Assembly (NCBI GenBank): GCA_963717785.1
Contig: CAVQWW010000006.1
Coordinates: 24,190 to 88,189 of the forward strand
Source: an uncultured Solirubrobacterales bacterium
GTDB taxonomy: Bacteria; Actinomycetota; Thermoleophilia; Solirubrobacterales; Solirubrobacteraceae
DNA length: 64,000 bases
Reading direction: 5' to 3'
The notes below the pieces were generated by a model. That model was given only the letters and a program-made list of their open reading frames with translations, did no database searches and was not told the DNA's origin. Below, one piece after another: positions 52,877-61,534 of the stretch. The position numbers were made by a program, and so were the translations under genes. Every line of letters begins with the position of its first letter. Within the stretch, counting starts at the first letter, position 1.

Positions 52877-53461
52877 CTAACCGCCTTCTCTCGGGCTGAT
52901 TCCTGGAGCAAGTTCGTACCGCGTGCCTCGGCCTTCGCCCAGCTTGACCACCAGCGGGGGGTCGGAGGCCGCCATGCGTCTCAAGAAGACGATTCCCATG
53001 TTGTGCTTCATCGCCACGAGACCGGTGCGGCGCAGCTCGCCCTCCAGCTCTTGAGGGCTCCAGGACGAGCCCCTGGTGATCCAGAGCGCACCGAGGATCA
53101 TCTCCTTCTGTCCCGTGGGATCTCCCGTGCGGGGCAGGCCAAACTTCGGGAGCCCCTCACGTACGATCCCGTCCGGAAGGCGAGGGGAGGCATGCTTCGT
53201 GCGACCGCCGGCAGGCTTGGCGGCCTTTGGGTTCCGCTCCCGTCGGGATGGAGTTCTCCTGGCGCTCCGACTCGCCTCGTCGGACAGTTTGCGGCTGGCT
53301 GCCTCCTTGAGTGCTGTCGCCGTTATACGGAGCCACATTGCTTGACCGTCGAGATCTTCGGCTCGGCTCAAGTGATCGCTGGCCATGTCTCGAAGTTCCT
53401 GTGCCGACATGCGTGACAACTGTCGGCGCTGATCCACTGACAAGGTGGGGAGGACACTCAT
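52877..53461 (-). CDS. Hypothetical protein: N-terminal coiled coil and C-terminal winged-HTH-like domain
   Basis: KEMILGAL...WSPQELEGEL...FLRRMA...VVKLGEGRGTRYEL. Confidence 0.55.
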   Translation of the reverse strand: MSVLPTLSVDQRRQLSRMSAQELRDMASDHLSRAEDLDGQAMWLRITATALKEAASRKLSDEASRSARRTPSRRERNPKAAKPAGGRTKHASPRLPDGIVREGLPKFGLPRTGDPTGQKEMILGALWITRGSSWSPQELEGELRRTGLVAMKHNMGIVFLRRMAASDPPLVVKLGEGRGTRYELAPGISPREGG

Positions 53462-53715
53462 AACCGAAGCGTATCCAGTCAGACGGACGAGTACCTGTCA
53501 TCAGCCAGCCTAATCCCGACAGGATGCTAACGAGCTGAGTCTGTCTTGCAGCAAGTTAACAGCCCTACCCGATTATTGGAACTTCAGCTCGTAGGCCATA
53601 CCACGGTCACTGGAAACGGGGGAAGGAGCTCGATCGATCACGGGCTCGGCAGCGCACACTTGCCCGACGGCGATGAGAAGCGCCGCGCGGATCGGCCCGA
53701 AGGCTCCCGCTGAAG

Positions 53716-54609
53716 TCATTCTTCGCCGGGAACGAGGCGTCCCAGCTCAGGCACGGGCTGTCTGCGGTAGCCGAGGCGGGCCGATATCTGCTCGGCGATG
53801 GCGAGGAGGTGGGGCTTGAGGTGCTTGACGAGGTTGGCGAGGGAGATGGCGGACGTCGGGGCGGCCATGTTGAGCGCGGCGATCACCTCGCTGTCGGCGG
53901 AGCGTATGGGCACGGCGATCGCGTACGTGTCGAGCGCGAACTCCTGGTCGTTGACTGCAAAGCCCGCGGCACGGATGCCGGGGAGTTCCTTGCGGAGCAT
54001 TCTTTTGCTGGTGATCGTGTTCGTTGTCCTGGTCGTGAGTTTCGTTTCTCGCAGGATCCGGGTTAGCTCGGTCGTCTGGAGGTATGCGAGGAGCAGCTTG
54101 CCCATCGCGGTGCAGTACGCGGGCAGCCGGGAGCCCGCGTGCAGGTTCTGACCATCCGGGCGAGGGTCGCGGCGGCTGCCGTGGACTCTGTCGATGTAAA
54201 GGATCTCTGGGCCGTCCAGCACCGCGATGCTGGTGGTGAAGGAGGAGTGGCGGCAGAGTTCCTCCAGATAGCGGTGGGCATGGCCGCGCAGCGTCGTGGT
54301 GGCCAGGGTGGACAGCCCGAGATTGAGCACCTTCAGAGTGAGCCTGTACTTGTTTCGGAGACCTTGCTGCAGGTATCCGAGGGATGCGAGCGTGCTCAGG
54401 TATCTGTGTGTGGTCGAGGTTGACATTCCAATCTCATCAGCGACTTCGGTGACTCCGCGTACTGGCTGTTTGGGGGTGAAGCAGTCGAGGATCGCCAGGC
54501 CGCGCACGAGTGACTGGGAGTAGCCCAGCGGAGCGAGATCGCCTCCGGTGTGTAGCTGCGCCTCGTCGTCATCGTCGCCTTCGTCGGATGGGCGGACGGT
54601 TGTTGTCAA
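53716..54609 (-). CDS. IclR family transcriptional regulator
   Basis: QSLVRGLAIL, STTHRYLSTL..LGYL, GSRLPAYCTAMGK, IAVPI. Confidence 0.92.
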   Translation of the reverse strand: MTTTVRPSDEGDDDDEAQLHTGGDLAPLGYSQSLVRGLAILDCFTPKQPVRGVTEVADEIGMSTSTTHRYLSTLASLGYLQQGLRNKYRLTLKVLNLGLSTLATTTLRGHAHRYLEELCRHSSFTTSIAVLDGPEILYIDRVHGSRRDPRPDGQNLHAGSRLPAYCTAMGKLLLAYLQTTELTRILRETKLTTRTTNTITSKRMLRKELPGIRAAGFAVNDQEFALDTYAIAVPIRSADSEVIAALNMAAPTSAISLANLVKHLKPHLLAIAEQISARLGYRRQPVPELGRLVPGEE

Positions 54610-55454
54610 CCAGTTCGCTCCAAGAAATCGTCGGCGGCGAGGAGAATCGTCTTGGCCTCGCTCAGCAATTCGGGGCCGAGCGTTTCGACCAGAGCCTCGC
54701 GGCGGCCCTCCTCGTCAGGCATGCTTATCTCGATGGCCGCCACGACCGCGCTGCGTCTGTCTGTCAGGGGTGTCGCGATCGAGTACTGAGGCGACTCCGC
54801 CCTGCTGCTTACCGCGAATCCCGTCCGTACGATGCTCATGCACTCGCGGTGCAGCGAGCGCTTGGTGAGCGTTTTGTCTGAGCCACGGTACTTCAGGATG
54901 AGTTCTGTGATCAGCCTCTTCCGCTGCGGGGGACGGAGGTGCGCGAGGATGGCCTTGCCCGCCGCGGTTTGGTGCGCGGGCAGTCGAGCGCCGACGCCGA
55001 TGCGCTCGTCGATCGCGTACTGTCCCCGTCGGCTGCCGGTCATGCGACTGAGATACACCGCTTCCGGGCCGTCGAGCACGACCAAGCTGACGGTGTATCC
55101 GGTCCGCTCACGCAGTCGCAGCAGTGCCTTCCGTGCGCCCCAGCGAACCGGCAGGGCATCGAGCATCGCCAACGCGACATCCCCGGCGCGGGCGCCGAGA
55201 CGGTAGTCCTGCGCGGCGGTCTGCTCCAGATACTCGCCCGCGAGCAGCACCGAGGTGTAGAGGCGCACCTTGGAGGGGCCTTCGACGTGGCGCAGCATGT
55301 CTGCCAGCTGCGCGAGACTGAGCGACTGCTGCTCGCCCTGGAAGCACTCGAGGACTTCCATGCCAGTCGCGATCGAGCGTATGAGTTCCGCGTCGCCGGA
55401 CGTGATCGGCTCACGCGCTGGGGCGTGTGGGTCGGCGTGGTAGACACTCGTCAT
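54606..55454 (-). CDS. IclR family transcriptional regulator (divergent paralog)
   Basis: RSIATGMEVLECF, GARLPAHQTAAGK, SIATPL; stop overlaps the next IclR start. Confidence 0.85.
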   Translation of the reverse strand: MTSVYHADPHAPAREPITSGDAELIRSIATGMEVLECFQGEQQSLSLAQLADMLRHVEGPSKVRLYTSVLLAGEYLEQTAAQDYRLGARAGDVALAMLDALPVRWGARKALLRLRERTGYTVSLVVLDGPEAVYLSRMTGSRRGQYAIDERIGVGARLPAHQTAAGKAILAHLRPPQRKRLITELILKYRGSDKTLTKRSLHRECMSIVRTGFAVSSRAESPQYSIATPLTDRRSAVVAAIEISMPDEEGRREALVETLGPELLSEAKTILLAADDFLERTG

Positions 55455-55534
55455 TGCGTAGCTTTGATGGTGCCCGTCGCGTTGGTGCTTGCCTATTCCT
55501 AGCTGGAACGATTGTTCTCTGGGAACGGCTCGCG

Positions 55535-56644
55535 CTATCTGTTCAACTGCGTCTCGCTCCTGCGGCTGGTGATACGCGCGGCAGCACGCCGGGCGTTGAG
55601 CAGGAGGGTGGCTGGTGTGGCGAGGCTGTCCACGGCGGCTCGGATATCGCGGGCGATCGGGAGCGCCGAGACCCCTGGGGTGGATAGGTAGAAGCTCGTC
55701 ATGCTCGCGAGGACCAGCAGGTGCTCGTGGGCTCTTGGCAGCGACTTGGTCAGGCGTGTCGCCTGGGTGGCGATCCACGTCATGCGTTCGGCGGCTTCGT
55801 GGGGTGAGCTGTAGTTCTCGAGTAGGCTGCGCTGTCCGGACGCCGCGTCTTCTGGGAGGTCGATGAGGCTGTCGAGCAGTGAGTGCAGCGATCCGACCCA
55901 GGGGAAGTAGGTGTTTTCGATTGCGGCGATCTCGCTGGTGTGGACGGCGGGGTTGGCTGCTGCTGCGATCAGGACGAAGATCTCCAGGGATGAGCCTGCC
56001 GATGCTGCTGTCTCCCACCAGCGCAGCCCGGTGCCGGGCGGTGTCTGCTGCTGTGCCCAGCGCGCGAGCGCGGCCTGTCCACCCTGGACCTCTCTGAGGT
56101 TGAGGCTCTGGTAGCTGACGATGCGTGCGGCGGCTCTGCGCGCGGGCGCAGCGACCAGGGCGTAAGAGGGGAGCGTTCCCAGCGCGGTTCGGCAGGTATC
56201 GATGATGCGTTCGAGGTAGCCGTCGTCCTCGCCTTGGGGGCTGTTCGTGTAGTAGTCCAGATGTATGGCGTCGGGGTCTAAAGCGACGAGCAGAGCATGG
56301 TGGAGGCGGCGTCCGTTGACGATCGGGTCGTTCGCGGGCTGCTCGGCGAGGGTGTCTACGTAGTCGTATATCGCCTGGAGCGCGACCTGGGCGCGGGTGA
56401 CGGTGCTGCGGTGGGCGACCGGAGCGAATGCGGCGAACGCGGCGGCGCCCTCGAGGTTGCCTCGCTTGGTGTGCTGGGCGTCAAAAGCGAGCCGGCGAAG
56501 GACGGGGTCGGGGATCGCGCCGGCCTGCTCATGCCAGATGCGGGCCTCGCGGCACACGCACGGAAAAACATCGGCCCAGTAGCGTCGGGCGGCTTTTGCG
56601 AATGCGCAAGCCAGTGCCAGACGGTCTCCTGCACGCGCTGTCAC
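55535..56644 (-). CDS. Tetraprenyl-beta-curcumene synthase family terpene synthase (DUF2600/YtpB-like)
   Basis: IPDP.LR..A, QAIYDYVDTLAE, WWE.AASAGSSL, YFPW..SLHSLLDSLID..ED motifs of the YtpB family. Confidence 0.85.
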   Translation of the reverse strand: MTARAGDRLALACAFAKAARRYWADVFPCVCREARIWHEQAGAIPDPVLRRLAFDAQHTKRGNLEGAAAFAAFAPVAHRSTVTRAQVALQAIYDYVDTLAEQPANDPIVNGRRLHHALLVALDPDAIHLDYYTNSPQGEDDGYLERIIDTCRTALGTLPSYALVAAPARRAAARIVSYQSLNLREVQGGQAALARWAQQQTPPGTGLRWWETAASAGSSLEIFVLIAAAANPAVHTSEIAAIENTYFPWVGSLHSLLDSLIDLPEDAASGQRSLLENYSSPHEAAERMTWIATQATRLTKSLPRAHEHLLVLASMTSFYLSTPGVSALPIARDIRAAVDSLATPATLLLNARRAAARITSRRSETQLNR

Positions 56645-56680
56645 GCGGATAGCTTCGCGCGAAGATCCGGGCCTGCATAG

Positions 56681-59248
56681 TTACTCCTGGAAGCCGACCC
56701 GTGGTGGGACCCTAGCCGCGGAGAGGCCGGGGAGCGCGACCACGAGCAGCGTTACTCCCGCGACGATCCCTAGCGCTCCGAGTACCTCCGGCAGCCCGAG
56801 TGAGAAGGGCGCTGGGAACCCGGTCGTCAGCTGCAGCCAGCGGCCTGCGAGCGCTTGGCCGTAGAGGCCGAGGATCGCGCCGTCGGTGCAACCGATCGCG
56901 AGTACGACGGCGCTCTCGAGCACCAGCGACCGCCACAGTTGCATGCGGCTGAAGCCCTGGGCCTTCAGCGCGGCGAGTCGGGCGCGGCGCTGCCATATCG
57001 CGGCGCTGAGCGCCGCGGCGACTGCGAGCGCAGCCGTGATCAGAAGCAGCGTCGATATCTGCCCGAGGCTCTTCAGGCCTTCCCGTGCCGTGGCCTTGAA
57101 TACCCCCTCACGTTCTGTGGCGGTCTCAACGAGCAGGCCCGGCCGGCCGGCGAGGGCCTGTTCTACTGAGCGCTTGCCCTGCGCGGGGGTGACACCGGGA
57201 GCGAGATTCACCTCCAGTGCGGTGGGGTCCGTGATCTGCCAGTGGCGGCGGTAGTCGTTTGTGTTGATGGTGATCGCGCCGGGTGACCATCCCACGTTCG
57301 TCGTGATCGCGGCGACACCCAGGCGCGCGGGACCCGATGGCGTCGGCAGCGTGTAGGAGTCCCCGACGGTGAGGTGGTGTTCGCTTGCGAACCCGTTGGA
57401 TATCGCCATCCAGCCGCCCTGGCGGAGCAGCTGTGTGGCGTGGGCGAGGTTGCCGTGTAGGAGCTGGCTGGCCTGGATCATCGGACTGTCCTGCGGTGAG
57501 CGTGCGCGTATCCACAGGCGCCGCGGGCCGACGTCCAGTAAGCCTCCCTGGTAGGAGCGGACCGATGCGACCCCGGGTACCTGGGCGAGCGCCGCTGGTG
57601 TGCTGCCGGCGCGAAGGCTGCTGACGGTGAGGAAGTTGTTGTCGGGTGCGACCCAGATGTCAGCCGTGTCCAGGTATTCGACGACTGCCTCATCCAGGCC
57701 GTTGAGGAGGTCGTGTCTGGCACCCTGGATCGCGACGCTGCCATACACCGCGAGTGCCGCGACTGCGATCAATGCGATCGAACGGGTTGCTGTGGCCTCC
57801 AGTTCGACGACTGCGAGCGAGAGCATGCTGCCGCGTATCCGGCCACACGCGGGCTTCAGGATACGCACGACGATTACGAAGATGAGCGGCACCAGGCAGA
57901 TCACCGCAACGGCCAGCATCACCCCGCCGCCGATCGTCAGGCTCGGCGCGAGCAGCGCTAGTCCAGTTGCAATGAGGACGAGCAGAGCACCGAGGAAGCT
58001 GAGCCCGCGGACCGTCCGCGGCTCGATGCGCTGACCGGATTCGTCCTGGTCGTGGCGGATCACACCCGCTCCGCGTCCGCGCCACAGACCCCAGAGCGGC
58101 GGCAACGACGCCAGGAAAGCAGCGAGTATCCCCGCTGCGAGCGCGAGGACGATCGCCTCCGGCTGAATTGCCTGCTCGGTGCCAACCGGGAACGCGACCG
58201 CCAGATACACCGGCGCCTGGTGAGCAAGCACCCGAGCCAGGACACCGCCTACAATCAGGCCGATAAGGGACGCCCCAACACCGAGGATCGCCGTCTGGAA
58301 CCCGAGGATGAGGAAGACCTGCCGGCGGTGATACCCGTTTGTGCGCAGCTCAGCGATGAAGCGGCGTCGCTCGGGGGCAGTCAGCAGCACCGCGTTGAGC
58401 GCTAGGAGGAACCCGACCATCGCGCTGATCGCGGCGAAGATCGTCGTGGACTGGTTGATCGGCCCGGCGGTCTGGTCGAGCAGACGCAGTTCGTTATCCG
58501 CCGGCACAACATCCGCCTGCCCAGCCGCGAGGCGTTCTAGCTCGCGGGCGACAATCCGATCCGCACCCGGCCGGGGCTTGATCAGAAGGGTCGTCACGCG
58601 GCCTGGCTGCTCTGTTACGCGCTGGGCAACAGGAAGCAATGTGACCGCGATGTCGCTGCCCGCAACGGCTCCGATCGTCGAGCCATCCAGCACGGCACGC
58701 ACCACGATCGGGTGGGCGTCGCCGCTGGCGAGCACCGTCACCGGTTGCCTGGGTTCGGCGCCCACCGCGGCAGCGAGGCCCGAGGGGAGCCCGATCCCTT
58801 CACCGATCAGCAGCGCCCCGGTGCTCAGATCGCGTGTGAGGGCGCCGCCCAGCAGGACGATGCTCGGGGTCACCCCGACAAGTTCGATCGCCCGGCGTCC
58901 CCTCGGCCCGACGATCATCGCGTTCTCCCGCAGCAGCGGAGCCGTGATCGCTACGCCCGGGAGCCTCGCGGCTGCTTCGGCGAGCCCACTGTCGAACCCG
59001 TGCGAGGAGCGCGCGACGAGCTGCAGGCGCGCGGAGCCGATCGTTCCCCGCACGAGCTGTTTCGCTGACTGCGTGAGGCTCGTGCTGGTGATCAACACAC
59101 CGAACACGAGCGCCACCCCGACGGCGATCCCACCGCCCGCCAGGAGCTCCTGCACCTTGTGGCTGCGCAGGCGATAGCGGTAGATGAAGAACAGCGAGTT
59201 CAGTCGCACGCCGAAGATCAGGGGGTTCAGTGCGTGGCGGACCCGCAT
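56681..59248 (-). CDS. FtsX/MacB-type ABC exporter permease (two repeats)
   Basis: GIAVGVALVFGV, ERRRFIAELR, RRARLAALKAQG; two large extracytoplasmic domains. Confidence 0.88.
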   Translation of the reverse strand: MRVRHALNPLIFGVRLNSLFFIYRYRLRSHKVQELLAGGGIAVGVALVFGVLITSTSLTQSAKQLVRGTIGSARLQLVARSSHGFDSGLAEAAARLPGVAITAPLLRENAMIVGPRGRRAIELVGVTPSIVLLGGALTRDLSTGALLIGEGIGLPSGLAAAVGAEPRQPVTVLASGDAHPIVVRAVLDGSTIGAVAGSDIAVTLLPVAQRVTEQPGRVTTLLIKPRPGADRIVARELERLAAGQADVVPADNELRLLDQTAGPINQSTTIFAAISAMVGFLLALNAVLLTAPERRRFIAELRTNGYHRRQVFLILGFQTAILGVGASLIGLIVGGVLARVLAHQAPVYLAVAFPVGTEQAIQPEAIVLALAAGILAAFLASLPPLWGLWRGRGAGVIRHDQDESGQRIEPRTVRGLSFLGALLVLIATGLALLAPSLTIGGGVMLAVAVICLVPLIFVIVVRILKPACGRIRGSMLSLAVVELEATATRSIALIAVAALAVYGSVAIQGARHDLLNGLDEAVVEYLDTADIWVAPDNNFLTVSSLRAGSTPAALAQVPGVASVRSYQGGLLDVGPRRLWIRARSPQDSPMIQASQLLHGNLAHATQLLRQGGWMAISNGFASEHHLTVGDSYTLPTPSGPARLGVAAITTNVGWSPGAITINTNDYRRHWQITDPTALEVNLAPGVTPAQGKRSVEQALAGRPGLLVETATEREGVFKATAREGLKSLGQISTLLLITAALAVAAALSAAIWQRRARLAALKAQGFSRMQLWRSLVLESAVVLAIGCTDGAILGLYGQALAGRWLQLTTGFPAPFSLGLPEVLGALGIVAGVTLLVVALPGLSAARVPPRVGFQE

Positions 59249-59943
59249 CACAGAGCGACGGCCAGCTCGACGTCCAAACCGTCCTTCAGGTGCCCATCGC
59301 GGAGCGTGTGGATCCGATCGACGAACGCTGTCGCCTGCGGATCGTGGGTGACGAGCACCCCGGGGATACCTCGCTCGTGACAAATGTCCCGCAACAGGGC
59401 GAGGGTCTCACGGCTGCGCTTGGAGTCGAGGTTCCCTGTCGGCTCATCAGTCAACAGCAGCCGCGGCTCGTTCACCAACGCCCGCGCGATAGCGACCCGC
59501 TGTCGCTCCCCCATCGATAGCTGCGCAGGCGTATGCTCCTCGCGCTCCTCGAGCCCCAGACGCTCAAGCCACGGGCGTACCCTCTGTCTGGCGTCGTGCA
59601 TGCTGAACCCGTCCGCCAGCAGCTTCAACGCCGCGTTGTCCAGCACCGAGGCTCCTGCGATCAGATGGAAGGACTGAAAGACGAACCCCACCTCCCGCCG
59701 ACGATAAAGCGCGCCCTCGCCCTCGGAGAACAGCGAGACATCCCGCCCGTCGAGCATGACACTACCCCGGTCAGGGGCAGCCAGCCCCGCCGCCAACAGC
59801 AGAAGCGTCGTCTTGCCCGAACCCGACGGCCCATACACCGCAACGAACTCCCGGGGGGCCACCGTGAGCGATATGCCGTCTACGGCCCGCACGATCTCCC
59901 CCCCTACCGGGTAGTGCTTCGCGACATCGCGCAACTCCAGCAT
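59248..59943 (-). CDS. ABC ATP-binding protein (LolD/MacB-type)
   Basis: GPSGSGKTT, VFQ, LSMGERQR, DEPTGNLD, VTHD. Confidence 0.92.
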   Translation of the reverse strand: MLELRDVAKHYPVGGEIVRAVDGISLTVAPREFVAVYGPSGSGKTTLLLLAAGLAAPDRGSVMLDGRDVSLFSEGEGALYRRREVGFVFQSFHLIAGASVLDNAALKLLADGFSMHDARQRVRPWLERLGLEEREEHTPAQLSMGERQRVAIARALVNEPRLLLTDEPTGNLDSKRSRETLALLRDICHERGIPGVLVTHDPQATAFVDRIHTLRDGHLKDGLDVELAVAL

Positions 59944-59945
59944 GC

Positions 59946-60692
59946 TCAGGACGCTGCAGGATCCCCACCGCTGGCACGCAAGCCGGGCAAGTGAACGAGG
60001 TTGTCGCGCGAGTCCGTCGATCGGACCTGGCCGTGGTCGATCGACATGATCCGCCGCGCCCCCGTGATCGCCTCGAGATCCTCCGAGGCGACCACCAGCG
60101 CCAGACTGGGCTCCTCCCCGAGGGAGCGCAGAGTCGCGTACAGCTCGCGGCGTTCGCTCAAACCCGGCACGACAGCGGGTTCGTCCACGAGCAGCAGGCG
60201 CGGTTCACGAGCGAGCGCCCGCGCGAGTTCGACGCGGACACGCTCGCCCGCCGAAAGCCTGTCCATCCGCATGTCCTCGCAAGACCTCGCGTCAACACGA
60301 TCAAGTGCCTGGCCGGCCCTGACTCGCGCCTCGTTCGGCGCGAAGCTGTCGCTCAACAGCCCAAGCGCGACATGATCCACCACCGGCCGGCTACCAGACG
60401 ACCCCCAGCTGCCGCACACCAACCCTATCCCGCCATGACGCCACAGCCCGGTGCGTTGGCTCTCCGACGCCGCCGTCACATCCAGACCGGCGAAGCAAAC
60501 CCTGCCCTCGTCCGGCAGTTCCAGCCCTGCCGCGATGCGCAGCAGCGTAGACTTGCCCGCGCGCTTGGCTCCCTGCAGACCGACGAAATCCCCGTCGTCG
60601 ATCTCCAGCGACACCCGCTCCAACACGACGGTCTTGCGCTTCGGGCCATCCCGGAACCGCTTACTGACATCTTGGAAGGACAGCAGCACCAT
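59946..60692 (-). CDS. ABC ATP-binding protein, degenerate
   Basis: GAKRAGKST, LSAGER, LVDEP; Q-loop and H-loop residues absent (VCGS, ASED). Confidence 0.82.
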   Translation of the reverse strand: MVLLSFQDVSKRFRDGPKRKTVVLERVSLEIDDGDFVGLQGAKRAGKSTLLRIAAGLELPDEGRVCFAGLDVTAASESQRTGLWRHGGIGLVCGSWGSSGSRPVVDHVALGLLSDSFAPNEARVRAGQALDRVDARSCEDMRMDRLSAGERVRVELARALAREPRLLLVDEPAVVPGLSERRELYATLRSLGEEPSLALVVASEDLEAITGARRIMSIDHGQVRSTDSRDNLVHLPGLRASGGDPAAS

Positions 60693-61291
60693 CAGCTCGG
60701 TGGATACCGCTCCAAGGCCTCGATGATCTCTCGCCGAGCGGCTCGGACCCAATCGAGCTCGGCCTTGATCTGCGCAATCGGGCCAGCCCGAACGACGTTC
60801 ATGATCACGCCAGCCCACGAAATCTTGCCGACCTCCGCTTCCTCGCTGGACCTCAACAACGCGAGACACCCCACTTCATAGACATCCAACGCCCGCAGCA
60901 GCGCCGGCGCGTGTTCCTGACTCGAAGTCACGATCTTCGCGTACAGCTCGCTGCGAACAGGAGGATGCGGGCCAGTGCGCCCCATCCAATCCGCCACCGC
61001 CGCCTCCGTCCGGCCGGTCGGGGTATACACCACCCGCCCCGCCATCCTGTCCGCAGCCGACCCCTCCCCGGACTCCAGCAACCCCTCCCGCTCAAGCTGC
61101 TCCAGCTTCGGATACAACGACTTCGCCTCGATACCCCATGTCGGGCCGAGAAGCCTGTTCAGCCGACGCGCAAGCTCATAGCCATGACACGGGGATTTGA
61201 GCAGCAGCGAGAGCAGCGCCCCCTTCAGAGCCGAATCGCCCCGCATCCAATCCTGGTTCCGCGCCTCACCGTGCGCGCCCGCCGCAGCCAT
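60692..61291 (-). CDS. PadR family transcriptional regulator
   Basis: ALLSLL..PCHGYEL, LYPKLEQLEREGL, VYTPT..; C-terminal AELDW helix. Confidence 0.88.
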   Translation of the reverse strand: MAAAGAHGEARNQDWMRGDSALKGALLSLLLKSPCHGYELARRLNRLLGPTWGIEAKSLYPKLEQLEREGLLESGEGSAADRMAGRVVYTPTGRTEAAVADWMGRTGPHPPVRSELYAKIVTSSQEHAPALLRALDVYEVGCLALLRSSEEAEVGKISWAGVIMNVVRAGPIAQIKAELDWVRAARREIIEALERYPPS

Positions 61292-61534
61292 TACCACCGT
61301 CCCTATGATCCTATGATCCAATCTCAAGGAACGGTACTGCAAACCAGCCAGCTCCGGAAACTCGACCAGAGGCATCAAGAGAGAACCGTTCCAGCAGGCC
61401 GTCCGGGGCTCGCTGCACGGCACCGACATGTCTCCGAAGCTTGCTGGCCCTGGGTGCGCGAGACGCGCTGCGAGTACTTCAGGAACGCTGCAACGCTACG
61501 TACTGACGCGCGACCTTGCCCTCACTTCGGCCAT

